In this document: in pieces, positions 31,262 to 42,199 of the stretch | How the letters are laid out: each line of letters begins with the position of its first letter | How positions within the stretch are numbered: position 1 is the first letter of the stretch | Origin: an uncultured Clostridia bacterium | Lineage (GTDB): Bacteria; Bacillota; Clostridia; TANB77; CAG-508 | NCBI GenBank assembly: GCA_944386415.1 | Contig: CALXAY010000005.1 | Coordinates: 3,439 to 67,438 of the forward strand | DNA: 64,000 nt | Direction of reading: 5' to 3' | Notes under the pieces: model-generated | Databases searched by the model: none | Seen by the model: only the letters and a program-made list of their open reading frames with translations | Told to the model about the DNA's origin: nothing | Program-made: the position numbers and the translations under genes

Positions 31262-32701
31262 TTAATACTGTCTTCCCCAAACTACCATTGTATCAGCTTT
31301 TTTACCACAACATACACATGTATCTGATATATGTTCTTGTTCAAAAGGTATACATCTAGATGGTGCTCCTGTTAGTTCTTTTACTTTATCCTCACATTCT
31401 TGTGAACCACACCACATCGTTTTTACATATCCTTGATTTTCTTCTAGATTCTTTTTCAATTCATCCATATTATGAGCTATAGTTGTTTTTTCTATCATTC
31501 TTTCTTTACAAATATTAAACATATTTGTATGTATATCTTTTAAAAGTTTTTCTATTTCTTTCTCTAAATTATCTATCTTAATAGTAACTTTTTCAAAAGT
31601 ATCTCTTCTAGTTATAGTTACTTCATTATTTTCTAATTCCTTTGGTCCCATTTCAACTCTAACTGGTACGCCTTTCATTTCCCAGTCATTAAATTTGTAG
31701 CCAACAGAATAATTATCTCTATCATCTAGTTTTACTCTAAATTTTTCTTTTAATTTTCCTTCTAGTTTTCTTGCTTCTTCTAATACATTTCCTTTTTCTT
31801 GTGCTATTGGAACTATAACTACTTGTATTGGTGCAACATATGGTGGTAACTTTAATCCTCTATTATCTCCATGTGCCATTATTACTGCTCCAATTAATCT
31901 AGTACTTATTCCCCATGATGTTTGATATGCATATTCTTCTTTTCCTTCTCTATTTTGGAATTTTACATCAAATGGTTTTGTAAAGTTTTGCCCAAAATAA
32001 TGTGATGTTCCACCTTGCAAAGCTCTTCCATCATGCATTAATGTCTCTACTGTATATGTTGCTTCTGCTCCTGCAAATTGTTCTTTTTTAGTTTTTCTTC
32101 CTTTTAAAACTGGTATTGCAAGTAAATTTTCTATAACATCTGCATATACTTCCAACATATCTAATGTGAATTTTTTAGCTTCTTCTGCTGTTTCATGTAT
32201 TGTATGTCCTTCTTGCCACAAAAATTCTCTTGAACGTAAGAATGGTCTTGTTTCTTTTTCCCATCTTAAAACACTACACCATTGATTATATAAAAATGGT
32301 AAATCTCTCCATGAACTTAACCATTTAGAATACATTGTTGAAAATATTGTTTCTGAAGTAGGTCTTACACATAATTTTTCTTCTAATTCTTCTTCTCCTC
32401 CTACTGTGACCCATGCAACCTCAGGTGCAAATCCTTCAACATGATCTTTTTCTTTACTTAATAAACTTTCTGGTATTAAAACTGGCATAGAAACATTTTC
32501 TACTCCAAGTTTTTTAAATCTTTCATCTGCATATTTTTGTATATTTTCCCATATTGCATATCCATATGGTCTTATTGCTATAAATCCTTTTACTGTTGTA
32601 TAATCAGCAAGTTCTGCTTTTAATACTATGTCTGTATACCATTGTGCAAAATTTTCATCTATATCTGTTATATCATTAACAAATCCTTTTTTCTTACTCA
32701 T
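31262..32701 (-). CDS. proS: prolyl-tRNA synthetase (archaeal/eukaryote-like type)
   Basis: Class II motifs (FLRSREFLWQEGHT, GGTSHYFGQNF). C-terminal Cys cluster CIPF..CVCCGK. Start moved to the ATG at 32701 behind GGAGGA. Confidence 0.9.
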   Translation of the reverse strand: MSKKKGFVNDITDIDENFAQWYTDIVLKAELADYTTVKGFIAIRPYGYAIWENIQKYADERFKKLGVENVSMPVLIPESLLSKEKDHVEGFAPEVAWVTVGGEEELEEKLCVRPTSETIFSTMYSKWLSSWRDLPFLYNQWCSVLRWEKETRPFLRSREFLWQEGHTIHETAEEAKKFTLDMLEVYADVIENLLAIPVLKGRKTKKEQFAGAEATYTVETLMHDGRALQGGTSHYFGQNFTKPFDVKFQNREGKEEYAYQTSWGISTRLIGAVIMAHGDNRGLKLPPYVAPIQVVIVPIAQEKGNVLEEARKLEGKLKEKFRVKLDDRDNYSVGYKFNDWEMKGVPVRVEMGPKELENNEVTITRRDTFEKVTIKIDNLEKEIEKLLKDIHTNMFNICKERMIEKTTIAHNMDELKKNLEENQGYVKTMWCGSQECEDKVKELTGAPSRCIPFEQEHISDTCVCCGKKADTMVVWGRQY

Positions 32702-32723
32702 AAATTTTCCTCCAATTTTATTT

Positions 32724-33359
32724 TTAATTATTTTCTTTAAAATTTTCTGCTTCTTCCCTTTTGGGGCTAGGAGCCTCCGCAGGACCTTCTTTTGTTTCAT
32801 TTTCTTCTATTAAATCATCTATTACTATTTGTTTATTTTCATCTAATTTGTATCTTGGAAGTTCTGGTAAATCATTTAATGATGAATAACCAAACATTTT
32901 TAAAAATTCACCTGTTGTTTTATATGACATTGGTTTTCCTGGTAAATCTATTTTTCCCGCTTCTGTTATTAATCCATATTCTAATAATTTATACACACAT
33001 GCATCTGCTGACACTCCTCTTATTGCTTCTATCTCTGCTCTTGTGATTTTAGGATTATATGCAATTATTGATAATGTTTCTAATGCTGCTGTAGATAAGT
33101 TTGGTTTATTTCTTTTATCTAATACTGGATATATATATTCATACATATCTTTTTTTGTGCACAATTGATAAGAGTCATTGATTTTTATTAATTCAATACC
33201 TCTATCTTTATTATTATAATCACTTTGCATTACATTAATTATTTCATCTATTTCATCGCTAGAAAGTTCTAATGCTAACATTATCTCATTTTTAGAGACT
33301 TCTCTTCCCGCTGCAAAAAGTATTGCTTCTATTTTTGCTTTTGTCTCATGTATTTGCAT
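32724..33359 (-). CDS. scpB: segregation and condensation protein B
   Basis: KAKIEAILFAAGREVS.., LSTAALETLSIIAYNPKITRAEIEAIRGV. Confidence 0.85.
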   Translation of the reverse strand: MQIHETKAKIEAILFAAGREVSKNEIMLALELSSDEIDEIINVMQSDYNNKDRGIELIKINDSYQLCTKKDMYEYIYPVLDKRNKPNLSTAALETLSIIAYNPKITRAEIEAIRGVSADACVYKLLEYGLITEAGKIDLPGKPMSYKTTGEFLKMFGYSSLNDLPELPRYKLDENKQIVIDDLIEENETKEGPAEAPSPKREEAENFKENN

Positions 33360-33496
33360 ATTTATCCCTTCTTATCATTTATCAACTATTTACTATTATG
33401 TCATGAATTTAGCTATATGTCAATATTTTTTAAATATCTTGTCTTTTTAATTTTATTGTGATAATATATAAAAAAAGTTTTTCGGAGGTAATTGTT

Positions 33497-33721
33497 ATGG
33501 ATGAAAATAAAAAAATTGAAGTTGTTAATGGTGATGGCTCTAACCTTAATATTTCTCCAGCTTACGACCATCTAAATGCTGGTACTCCTACTCCTTCAAG
33601 TAAGAAACCTAAAAACATTGTTGTTCCAAAATCTATGAAGGAAAAAGAAGAAGAAGAAAACAAGGATAAAAAAGAAAATAATGAAAATGACTCAAGTAAA
33701 GATGAAAATAATAATAAATAA
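33497..33721 (+). CDS. small K/E-rich hypothetical protein (74 aa)
   Basis: ATG at 33497 behind GGAGGT. A bidirectional terminator follows. Confidence 0.5.
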   Translation: MDENKKIEVVNGDGSNLNISPAYDHLNAGTPTPSSKKPKNIVVPKSMKEKEEEENKDKKENNENDSSKDENNNK

Positions 33722-33732
33722 AACTTTTAAAT

Positions 33733-33766
33733 AAAAACTCTCATAAATAAATTTATGAGAGTTTTT
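33733..33766. terminator. bidirectional intrinsic terminator between convergent genes
   Basis: aaaaactctcataaa / taa / tttatgagagttttt. Confidence 0.7.
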
Positions 33767-33774
33767 ATTTATTT

Positions 33775-33945
33775 CTATTCTTCCTCAGGTGCTTCAACTG
33801 GACAAACACCTGCACATGTACCACATGAAATACATGCAGAACTATCAATTTCAAATTTGCTGTCTCCTTGTGATATGCAACCTACTGGACATTCAGCAGC
33901 GCAAGCTCCACAAGAAATACATTTATCTGTAATTTTATATGCCAT
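33775..33945 (-). CDS. fdx: clostridial-type 2x[4Fe-4S] ferredoxin (56 aa), missing from ORF track
   Basis: My translation: MAYKITDKCISCGACAAECPVGCISQGDSKFEIDSSACISCGTCAGVCPVEAPEEE*. Two CxxCxxCxxxCP motifs. Confidence 0.9.
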   Translation of the reverse strand: MAYKITDKCISCGACAAECPVGCISQGDSKFEIDSSACISCGTCAGVCPVEAPEEE

Positions 33946-33978
33946 TTATTTCACCTCCTATAAATTCTTTTCCATTTA

Positions 33979-34926
33979 TTATTCTCTATTCGTGATTTCT
34001 TCTAATTTTAATAACTCATCCCATCTTCTATCTACTTCTTTTTGGAATTCTTCAATCATCCACTCATTTCCTGGTTTAAACATATGTTTAAATCTCTTTT
34101 GTGGTTTTAAAAATTCTTCAATTGGTAATTTATTTGCTGGTTTATAATTAATCTTATATTTACCATCTACTACTTCATATAATGGCCAATAACATGTTTC
34201 TACTGCTAATTTATTTATTTGCATTAACATATCTGTCGGATATCCCCATCCTCTTGGACATGGTGCTAAAACATTTAAGAAACATGGTCCTTCTGTGTAA
34301 ATTGCTTTTTCTGCTTTTTCATACAAATCTTTAAAGTTCATATAACCAATAGTTTGAGCAACATATGGTAAATGATGTCCTGCCATTATAGTTGTCAAAT
34401 CTTTTCTTTGTTGCATTTTTCCAGGAATAACCGTTCCTGCAGGAGATGTTGTAGTATCTGCAAAATGTGGTGTTGCAGATGAACGTTGGATACCTGTATT
34501 CATATATGCACCATTATCATAACATACATAAACCATATCATGTCCACGTTCCATTGCTCCTGATAAACTTTGGATACCTATATCATAAGTTCCTCCATCT
34601 CCACCGAACGCAATAAATTTTGTTGTATTATCTATTTTTCCTTGTTTCTTCATAGATTTATAAGCTGCTTCTGCTCCTGAAAGTGTTGCTCCTGCACATT
34701 CAAAAGCTGTATGAATAAATGAATCTGTCCATGATGTATATGGATACATAAATGTTGAGACTTCCATACATCCTGTTGCTACTGCAACTACTGCATGGTC
34801 TTCTGGTTTTAAAGCTCTCATTATCATTCTAGCTGATGGTGGAGCTCCACAACCTGCACACATTCTATGTCCTGATGTAAATCTTGAAGGTTTATTTGCA
34901 ACTACTTCTTTTACATTATAAGGCAT
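33979..34926 (-). CDS. porB: 2-oxoacid:ferredoxin oxidoreductase beta subunit (TPP-binding)
   Basis: CAGCGAP, GGDGGTYDIG. Confidence 0.85.
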   Translation of the reverse strand: MPYNVKEVVANKPSRFTSGHRMCAGCGAPPSARMIMRALKPEDHAVVAVATGCMEVSTFMYPYTSWTDSFIHTAFECAGATLSGAEAAYKSMKKQGKIDNTTKFIAFGGDGGTYDIGIQSLSGAMERGHDMVYVCYDNGAYMNTGIQRSSATPHFADTTTSPAGTVIPGKMQQRKDLTTIMAGHHLPYVAQTIGYMNFKDLYEKAEKAIYTEGPCFLNVLAPCPRGWGYPTDMLMQINKLAVETCYWPLYEVVDGKYKINYKPANKLPIEEFLKPQKRFKHMFKPGNEWMIEEFQKEVDRRWDELLKLEEITNRE

Positions 34927-36119
34927 TAGTCTTCAGCCTCCTTTCTTAATCCTAAATATCTATATGGATTTTTAACTTCTCCTGTTTTTACAATTTCAAA
35001 TAAATCATTATATACTTTTTCAATTTCATCTTCTCTTGTATCTCTACCACCAATACCATAAACATAGTTTACAGTTGGTACATGTTTATTTTTTACATAC
35101 AAGCTACTTGTTACATCTTGGAATAATGCTCCTCCTGCTGCATTTAATGAATCTGCTTTGTCAAGTATTGCTACTGCTTTTAAATGACTTAGAGCTTCTG
35201 CTATTTCATCTACTGGGAATGGTCTATATACACGTAGTTTTAATAGACCAACTTTTTGACCTTGTTCTCTTAATTTGTTTACAACTGCTTTTGTTGTTCC
35301 TGCAGTTGAGTTCATACAAATAATTGCAACTTCTGCGTCTTCCATTTTATATTCTTCAAATAATCCATATTTTCTTCCTGTCATTTTTTCAAAATCTTTT
35401 GCTACATCTAAAATTACTTGTTTTGCATTTTTCATAGCTTCTGCTTGCTGTGCTTTATGTTCAAATAAATAACTTTGAACATCTAATGGACCTACTGCTA
35501 TTGGTTCATCTTGATTTAATAAATAATGTTTTGGATGATATTCTCCCACAAATTCTTTTACCTTTTCATCTTCTACTAATTCTATATTTTCAATAGAATG
35601 TGATGTAATAAATCCATCTTGACATATCATTAATGGAAGCATTACATTTTCGTTTTCTGCAATTCTATGTGCCATTAAAGTATTATCATATGCCTCTTGA
35701 TTATTTTCTGAAAATAGCATTATCCAACCGCTATCCCTTACTCCCATTGCATCTGAATGGTCATTGTGAATATTTAATGGACCTGATACTGCTCTATTTA
35801 CTAACGATAAAACTATTGGTAATCTTAAACTTGAAGCAATATATATCATTTCCCACATTAAAGATAAACCATTTGCTGATGTTGCTGTCATAGCTCTTGC
35901 TCCTGCTGCTTCTGCACCAATACACGCTGACATTGCACTATGTTCACTTTCAACTGCAACGAATTCAGTATCTACTGCACCATTTGCTACAAATGTTGAA
36001 AAGTATTGTGGTATCTCTGTTGATGGTGTTATAGGAAAAGCTGCTACTACATCTGGATTAATTTGTTTCATAGCTGTTGCTGCTGCTTCATTACCACTTA
36101 ATCTTTCTCTTATACTCAT
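34926..36119 (-). CDS. porA: 2-oxoacid:ferredoxin oxidoreductase alpha subunit
   Basis: GNEAAA..AAFPITPSTEI..ESEHSAMSACIGA. Confidence 0.85.
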   Translation of the reverse strand: MSIRERLSGNEAAATAMKQINPDVVAAFPITPSTEIPQYFSTFVANGAVDTEFVAVESEHSAMSACIGAEAAGARAMTATSANGLSLMWEMIYIASSLRLPIVLSLVNRAVSGPLNIHNDHSDAMGVRDSGWIMLFSENNQEAYDNTLMAHRIAENENVMLPLMICQDGFITSHSIENIELVEDEKVKEFVGEYHPKHYLLNQDEPIAVGPLDVQSYLFEHKAQQAEAMKNAKQVILDVAKDFEKMTGRKYGLFEEYKMEDAEVAIICMNSTAGTTKAVVNKLREQGQKVGLLKLRVYRPFPVDEIAEALSHLKAVAILDKADSLNAAGGALFQDVTSSLYVKNKHVPTVNYVYGIGGRDTREDEIEKVYNDLFEIVKTGEVKNPYRYLGLRKEAED

Positions 36120-36140
36120 ATTTTTTCTTCCTTTCTATTT

Positions 36141-36434
36141 TTATTCTTCTTCTTTCATTTCTATTGCTCCAAATGGGCAAACTTTTGCACAAACCCCACA
36201 TCCTTTGCAATAGTCGTAATTAAAGTCTTCTCTTTTCATTTCTTTATTTACTGGTATTGCATCATCTGGGCAAACTGGGAAACATAGTCCACATTGTTTA
36301 CATTTTTCGCTTAAAAATACCGGTCTTACACTTCTCCAGTCTCCTGTTTTAAATTCTCTTGCATTACCAGCTTCATATATATCTCCACCTGGAGTCATTT
36401 TCTCCATTGGAGTATCTGGATTTATATTTGTCAT
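36141..36434 (-). CDS. porD: 2-oxoacid:ferredoxin oxidoreductase delta subunit (4Fe-4S)
   Basis: CKQCGLCFPVCP and CKGCGVCAKVCP. Confidence 0.85.
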   Translation of the reverse strand: MTNINPDTPMEKMTPGGDIYEAGNAREFKTGDWRSVRPVFLSEKCKQCGLCFPVCPDDAIPVNKEMKREDFNYDYCKGCGVCAKVCPFGAIEMKEEE

Positions 36435-37015
36435 ATCTTCTTAACCTCCTTTAGAGCCATTTCTAAAGCTTTCATGTTTCCATCTATTACTTCTGGCTTT
36501 TTTGCAAATTTATGTTTAAAAGATCCTTTCATATCTTCTATTAGTTCTTCATCTGTCATAATTCCACTTACTTTTACAATTCCAGCTAGCATTGGAGTAT
36601 TAGGAAAATATTTTCCTAAAGTTTCTAAAGATATTTTCCTTGCGTCTAATGTATAAATATCTCCTTTATATCCTTTTAATTCTTTTTTTAATACTTCTGC
36701 TGGCTTTGTTGTATTAATTAATATTGCTCCATCTTCTTTTAATCCTGATGTTACATCAACTGACTCTAACAAAGTGTCATCTACTACTACAACATAATCT
36801 GGATAATAGATATTGCTATGAATTGTAATAGGTTCATCACTAATTCTGTTGTATGCTGTAATTGGTGCTCCCATTCTTTCAGGTCCATATTCAGGAAATC
36901 CTTGAATATATTTTCCTGTGTTAAATGCTGCATCTGCCAAGAGTAAAGAAGCTGTTTTAGCACCTTGTCCACCTCTACCGTGCCATCTAATTTCTATCAT
37001 GTTACTCATTTTCAT
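36431..37015 (-). CDS. porC: 2-oxoacid:ferredoxin oxidoreductase gamma subunit
   Basis: IRWHGRGGQGAKTAS. Confidence 0.85.
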   Translation of the reverse strand: MKMSNMIEIRWHGRGGQGAKTASLLLADAAFNTGKYIQGFPEYGPERMGAPITAYNRISDEPITIHSNIYYPDYVVVVDDTLLESVDVTSGLKEDGAILINTTKPAEVLKKELKGYKGDIYTLDARKISLETLGKYFPNTPMLAGIVKVSGIMTDEELIEDMKGSFKHKFAKKPEVIDGNMKALEMALKEVKKI

Positions 37016-37123
37016 TTAGCCTCCTTTTTCAAAATTTATATATATTTTTCTACACGCTTAGTATATGACTAAAAGCTTACATTGTCAAGAATTTTTAATT
37101 AATTTGACTGCTAAGTTTTAACA

Positions 37124-37150
37124 TGTTTTTTGGGACGGGGTCAAAAAACA
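37124..37150. repeat. A/T-stem, G/C-loop hairpin element, copy 2
   Basis: tgtttttt / gggacggggtc / aaaaaaca followed by gtttat. The loop is roughly the reverse complement of the copy 1 loop. Confidence 0.5.
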
Positions 37151-37205
37151 GTTTATCAACAATAAAGCCAAAAAGACTAACTCTTAGTTAGTCTTTCATT
37201 ATATA

Positions 37206-37850
37206 TTATTTTTGTATAATAATTTCATATCCTTTTGGTATTGCTGGATTCAAGATATCTTTTATTACATATTCTGCTTCCATTTCTGCAAATTCAAGTA
37301 TTCCTGTTTCCTCCGCCTCTTTTATTCCATCTTGTTCTGCTAATGCACATGCTTTATTTGCATCCTCTTTTGAATCTACATTAAACAGTGCAAACTTTTC
37401 ATCAAAATATTGAATATCTTCTTGATTTACATGACAATCAAAAACTTTTGCTTCTGGCATAACCACCTTTATTTCTTTTGCTATTTTATTAGGTATTATT
37501 TCTACTTCTTTAAGATCTACACCTGCACTAATTGTAGCAGTATAAATCATTGTAAAATCAGCTCTATTTATTATCATTGCACCTGCATCTTTATAATTTT
37601 CTATTCCTGTAATTTTTAGCTTTGCAGTTGTTAATTCACTTGACTTTTCGAGTAATTGATTTAAATATGTAAAGTCTGCTGTTGCTTCTAAATTAACAAG
37701 TTTAAATCCCGCAATAATTATAATTATTATAACTGCTACTACAAATATAATTTTTGACTTAGTAGTCTTGAATAACCTAAAAAATATATTAGGTTTTTTT
37801 TCTCCTTTAATTTTCTTTTCTTTCATCTCGTCATTCTTTTCTTTCTCCAT
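37206..37850 (-). CDS. membrane-anchored hypothetical protein (DUF4230-like by recollection)
   Basis: Charged N-terminus, a single TM helix, and a roughly 150-aa extracytoplasmic domain. Confidence 0.45.
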   Translation of the reverse strand: MEKEKNDEMKEKKIKGEKKPNIFFRLFKTTKSKIIFVVAVIIIIIIAGFKLVNLEATADFTYLNQLLEKSSELTTAKLKITGIENYKDAGAMIINRADFTMIYTATISAGVDLKEVEIIPNKIAKEIKVVMPEAKVFDCHVNQEDIQYFDEKFALFNVDSKEDANKACALAEQDGIKEAEETGILEFAEMEAEYVIKDILNPAIPKGYEIIIQK

Positions 37851-38152
37851 TAATTTTTCCCCTTTCTTTTAAAACACCGTTATTATTATTGCTCTTATTA
37901 CTATAAATGCCAAAATCACTCCAAGTACAATTAATAATTTTTTCATTTTTTCCTCCTTGTATTTATTTTCTTACCATATAATTTGTTTTTATAGATATAA
38001 AAAAACGTTATGTACGAATAAAATTATATCACCAAATTTTATCTTTTTCAATTATTTTTAACATGATGTTTGATATTTGAATATTTACTCAATAAAAATG
38101 AACCCTCCTTGTTAAACTTTTTCTAGCATTTGGGGTTCATTTCAAAATCTTG

Positions 38153-39862
38153 CTATTTTTTATTAGTCATAAATTCTTTTAATCTCTTTTCTACCTCTTT
38201 TGCAGATGACATTTGAATTATTTCTTCACTAATTTTTTCACATTCTTCTGAATTTAAATTATTAATTGTTTTTCTAGCTCTTAATATACTATTTGAATTC
38301 ATTGAAAATTCATCTAGTCCAAGCCCAACTAAAAGTGGAATAAAGCTTGGGTCTCCTGCTGCTTCACCACACATTCCACAAATTATATTTGATGAATGTG
38401 CTCCATCTATTGCATTTTTTATTAACTTAATTACAGCTGGATGATATTTTGTATATAATTTAGAAATCTTTTCATTTCCTCTTTCTACTGCTACTACATA
38501 TTGAATTAAGTCATTTGTTCCTATACTAAAGAAATCACATTCTTTAGCTAATTTATCTGCAATAAGTGCTGCTGATGGAATTTCTATCATAATACCTACT
38601 TGAATATTTTTATCATATTCTATATTTTCATTATCTAATTCTTTTTTACATTCTTCTAAAACTTGTTTAGCTTCTCTTAACTCATCTATAGAAGATATCA
38701 TTGGGAACATTATAGCTAATTTTCCAAAAGCACTTGCTCTTAATATTGCTCTTAATTGAGTCTTAAAAATACTTGGTCTATCTAGACATAAACGAATTGC
38801 CCTATATCCTAAAAATGGATTTGCTTCTTTTTCAAGTTCTAGATATTTTAAATCTTTATCTCCTCCAATATCTAATGTTCTTATTATTGCTTCTTTACCT
38901 TCCATAATTTCTGCTACTTCTTTATATGCGGTAAACTGACTTTCTTCTGATGGCATAATATCACTATCCATGTATAGAAATTCACTTCTAAATAATCCAA
39001 CACCTTCTGCTGTATTTTTTATTGCAATTTTTGCATCTGATGGAAGTCCGATGTTTGCATATAATTTAACTTTTACTCCATCTTTCGTAATGCTTTCTTT
39101 ACCTCTATATTTTTCTAATTCTACTTTTTCTTCCTCTAATTTCTTTTCTTCTTCTATTAATTTTTGTTTTTCTTCTTCGCTCGGATTTATATAAATTTCT
39201 CCTGATGTACCATTTATAGCAATATTATCATCATTTTTTAATATTTTTGTAGCATCTTTTACTTTTGTAACCGCTGGAATCATATGTGTTCTTGCCATTA
39301 TCGATGTATGTGAGTTTTCTCCTCCTAATTCTGTTACAATTCCAGATATATTATTAAAATTTAGTTTTGCTGTTTCAGATGTTGTTAATTCTTCTGCAAC
39401 AATAATTGTATTTGGATTTAGTTTTGTTAAATCAATAGATTCTTCTTCAAATAATTTTCCTAATAATCTATTTTTTATATCTAGAATATCTCTTGCTCTT
39501 GAAGCCATATATTTATCATCCATATTTTCAAATATTTGTATTACACTATTTAATCCAATCTCTACTGCATATTCTGCATTGTAATTTGAATTTTTAATAG
39601 CATTTTCTGTTTCTGAGATTAATGATGGATCTTGAAGTATCATAAGATATGCTTGCATAATATCTGCTTCTGTTCCTGTAATATTTTTCATATGATTTTC
39701 TGTTTCGCAAATTACTTCTTGCAAAGCTTCATGAACTCTTTTTAATTCTTCTCCTACTTGATCTTTTTGTATAATTTTCTTTTCTATTTTTCTTTCGATT
39801 TTTTTTAATATAACTACTTTTCCAAATCCTATACCTGCTGATACGCCATTCCCCTTTAGCAT
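38153..39862 (-). CDS. ptsI: PTS enzyme I
   Basis: GGENSHTSIMART (phospho-His), GTNDLIQY, MCGE. Confidence 0.95.
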   Translation of the reverse strand: MLKGNGVSAGIGFGKVVILKKIERKIEKKIIQKDQVGEELKRVHEALQEVICETENHMKNITGTEADIMQAYLMILQDPSLISETENAIKNSNYNAEYAVEIGLNSVIQIFENMDDKYMASRARDILDIKNRLLGKLFEEESIDLTKLNPNTIIVAEELTTSETAKLNFNNISGIVTELGGENSHTSIMARTHMIPAVTKVKDATKILKNDDNIAINGTSGEIYINPSEEEKQKLIEEEKKLEEEKVELEKYRGKESITKDGVKVKLYANIGLPSDAKIAIKNTAEGVGLFRSEFLYMDSDIMPSEESQFTAYKEVAEIMEGKEAIIRTLDIGGDKDLKYLELEKEANPFLGYRAIRLCLDRPSIFKTQLRAILRASAFGKLAIMFPMISSIDELREAKQVLEECKKELDNENIEYDKNIQVGIMIEIPSAALIADKLAKECDFFSIGTNDLIQYVVAVERGNEKISKLYTKYHPAVIKLIKNAIDGAHSSNIICGMCGEAAGDPSFIPLLVGLGLDEFSMNSNSILRARKTINNLNSEECEKISEEIIQMSSAKEVEKRLKEFMTNKK

Positions 39863-39921
39863 TTATATCCTTCCCTTAATTATGTATTTAGGTTTTACGG
39901 ATAAACCTATAAACCTATTTT

Positions 39922-40185
39922 TTATTCTCCAAAATTATTTTCAAAGCCTTTTTTTATTTCTAATAATGCTTTTTTTTCATCTTCTCCATCACATTCAATT
40001 TCAATTTCTGTATTACATTTTATACCTGCAGACATAATAGAAAGTATTGATTTTGCATCAACAGTTTTTCCGTTAACATATAATTTTATTTCACTTTTAA
40101 ATGTTGCTGCAAGCTTTGCAAGTTCGCTTGCTGGTCTTGCATGCAATCCTGTTTTATTTGTCAATATAATTTTATCTTTTACCAT
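39922..40185 (-). CDS. ptsH: phosphocarrier protein HPr
   Basis: GLHARPAS (His15), KSILSIMS (Ser46). Confidence 0.95.
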   Translation of the reverse strand: MVKDKIILTNKTGLHARPASELAKLAATFKSEIKLYVNGKTVDAKSILSIMSAGIKCNTEIEIECDGEDEKKALLEIKKGFENNFGE

Positions 40186-40190
40186 AATTT

Positions 40191-42119
40191 TTACATCCCT
40201 TTCTTTACTTCATACTCAGGTAAATTTTTCTTTAACTTTGCCATAATAAGTGTAGAAACAATAGTTCCAACTCCAATAGCTAATAAGTATTTAACAGGAT
40301 GTCCAATTGTTGCTATTACAAACATTCCTCCATGTGGTGCCATTAATGTACAATTAAATAACATTGAAAGTGCTCCTGTAACTGCTGAACCAACAACAAA
40401 TGCTGGTATAGTTCTTAGTGGGTCTGCTGATGCAAAAGGTATTGCTCCTTCTGATATAAAAGATAATCCCATGATATAGTTTACATATGCTGCTTGTTTA
40501 TCTTTTTTAGGAATTTTTCTTGGAAATGCTGTTGCTAAAAATGCAATTGCAAGTGGAGGTACCATTCCTCCTGCCATAACTGCTGCCATAATATCATATT
40601 GCCCTGATGCAAGCATCCCTGTTCCAAATGTATATGCTGCTTTATTAATAGGTCCCCCTAAATCCACAGCCATCATTCCGCCTAATATTAATCCTAATAT
40701 TATTTTATTTGCACTACCCATTGAAGATAAATAATCATTTATTGCTGTATTAATTGCCCCTACATAAGGATTTATTAATAACATAAATGTTCCTATTAGC
40801 AATATTCCAAATACTGGATATAAAAGAATTGTTTTTATACCTTCTATACTATCTGGTAAGTAACTACACAATTTCTTTAATCCTAAAACAATATATCCTC
40901 CTGCAAAACCTGCAATTAATGCCCCTAAAAAACCAGAGCTTACTAGTGTAATATCACTATTTGTAAGTGAACCAAATGTCGTTCCTTGTACTGCTAAAAT
41001 TCCTCCTACAAATCCTACTGCTAAACCAGGTCTATCTGCAATACTCATTGCAATATATCCTGCAAGTATATATAGCATAACATTAAATGCTGCATTTCCT
41101 ATTGTTTTAAAAAATGCCGCTATTGGCGTATTCATACCAAAGTTTGCTGGATTTATTGAATAATCATCTAACAAAAATGCTATAGCAATTAAAATACCTC
41201 CACCAACAACAAATGGTAACATGTGTGTAACACCATTCATTAAGTGTTTATATATTTTTGTTCCTATTTTTTCTTTTCCTTCATCATTATCTTCGTTTGA
41301 ATTTTTTGTATTTGAATGATACACTTTTGCATCTTTTGATAATACATGTTCAATTAGTTCTTTGGGTTTATTAATTCCATCTGCTACTTTTGCTTTCACT
41401 AATTTTTTTCCATCAAACCTTGACAAATCAACTTTTGTATCTGCTGCAATAATTATTCCTTTTGCATTTTTAATATCATCTTTTGTAAATTTATTTTTAA
41501 CCCCTGATGATCCATGAGTTTCTACTTTTACTTTATGCCCTAATTGCTCTCCCATTTGTTCTAAAGCTTCTGCAGCCATATAAGTATGAGCAATTCCTGT
41601 TGGACAACTTGTAATTGCTAAAATCTCATAATTATTATTTGCTTTTTTTTCTTCTCCTAGCTTTTCACTTTCAGCTTGGTCTATACATTTTAAAAACTCT
41701 TCTGGTGTTTTTGCATCATATAGTGCTTGTCTAAAATTTGTATCCATAAGTAGTGTAGATAACCTACTTAAAACATCTAAATGTACATTATCTTTTGTAT
41801 CTGGTGCTGCAATTAAAAATAATAGTTTTGCTGGGCTTCCATCTAGTGAAGCAAAATCAACACCATCTGGAACTACCATTGCAGCAAGGCCTGGTTTTGT
41901 TACTGCATCTGTTTTACCATGTGGAATTGCAATTCCTTCTCCGATTCCTGTTGTGCCTTCCTCTTCTCTTTTTAGTACAACATTTTTGTACTCTTCTTTG
42001 TCTTTAATGTTTCCATTTTCCATCATCAAGTCTACTAACTTATCTATTGCTTCATTTTTGCTATTTGCTTTTGCCTGTAACATGATGGATTTTTCATTAA
42101 GTAAATCTGTAATTTTCAT
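40191..42119 (-). CDS. fruA: PTS fructose-family EIIABC
   Basis: IIA GIAIPHGK. IIB ITSCPTGIAHTYMAAE. Polytopic IIC C-terminal half. Confidence 0.9.
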   Translation of the reverse strand: MKITDLLNEKSIMLQAKANSKNEAIDKLVDLMMENGNIKDKEEYKNVVLKREEEGTTGIGEGIAIPHGKTDAVTKPGLAAMVVPDGVDFASLDGSPAKLLFLIAAPDTKDNVHLDVLSRLSTLLMDTNFRQALYDAKTPEEFLKCIDQAESEKLGEEKKANNNYEILAITSCPTGIAHTYMAAEALEQMGEQLGHKVKVETHGSSGVKNKFTKDDIKNAKGIIIAADTKVDLSRFDGKKLVKAKVADGINKPKELIEHVLSKDAKVYHSNTKNSNEDNDEGKEKIGTKIYKHLMNGVTHMLPFVVGGGILIAIAFLLDDYSINPANFGMNTPIAAFFKTIGNAAFNVMLYILAGYIAMSIADRPGLAVGFVGGILAVQGTTFGSLTNSDITLVSSGFLGALIAGFAGGYIVLGLKKLCSYLPDSIEGIKTILLYPVFGILLIGTFMLLINPYVGAINTAINDYLSSMGSANKIILGLILGGMMAVDLGGPINKAAYTFGTGMLASGQYDIMAAVMAGGMVPPLAIAFLATAFPRKIPKKDKQAAYVNYIMGLSFISEGAIPFASADPLRTIPAFVVGSAVTGALSMLFNCTLMAPHGGMFVIATIGHPVKYLLAIGVGTIVSTLIMAKLKKNLPEYEVKKGM

Positions 42120-42199
42120 TTTTTTACCCCTTTCTTTTGTAATATTTTTATTATAAAAATTCAGCTCAAAATAAGCCTAAATTTTATATACAAAATAAA

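Noticed and set aside
33755-34147. 130-aa plus-strand ORF
   Set aside because: It is antisense to the textbook 2x[4Fe-4S] ferredoxin (33775..33945) and to the 3' end of porB. The ferredoxin reading is far better supported.
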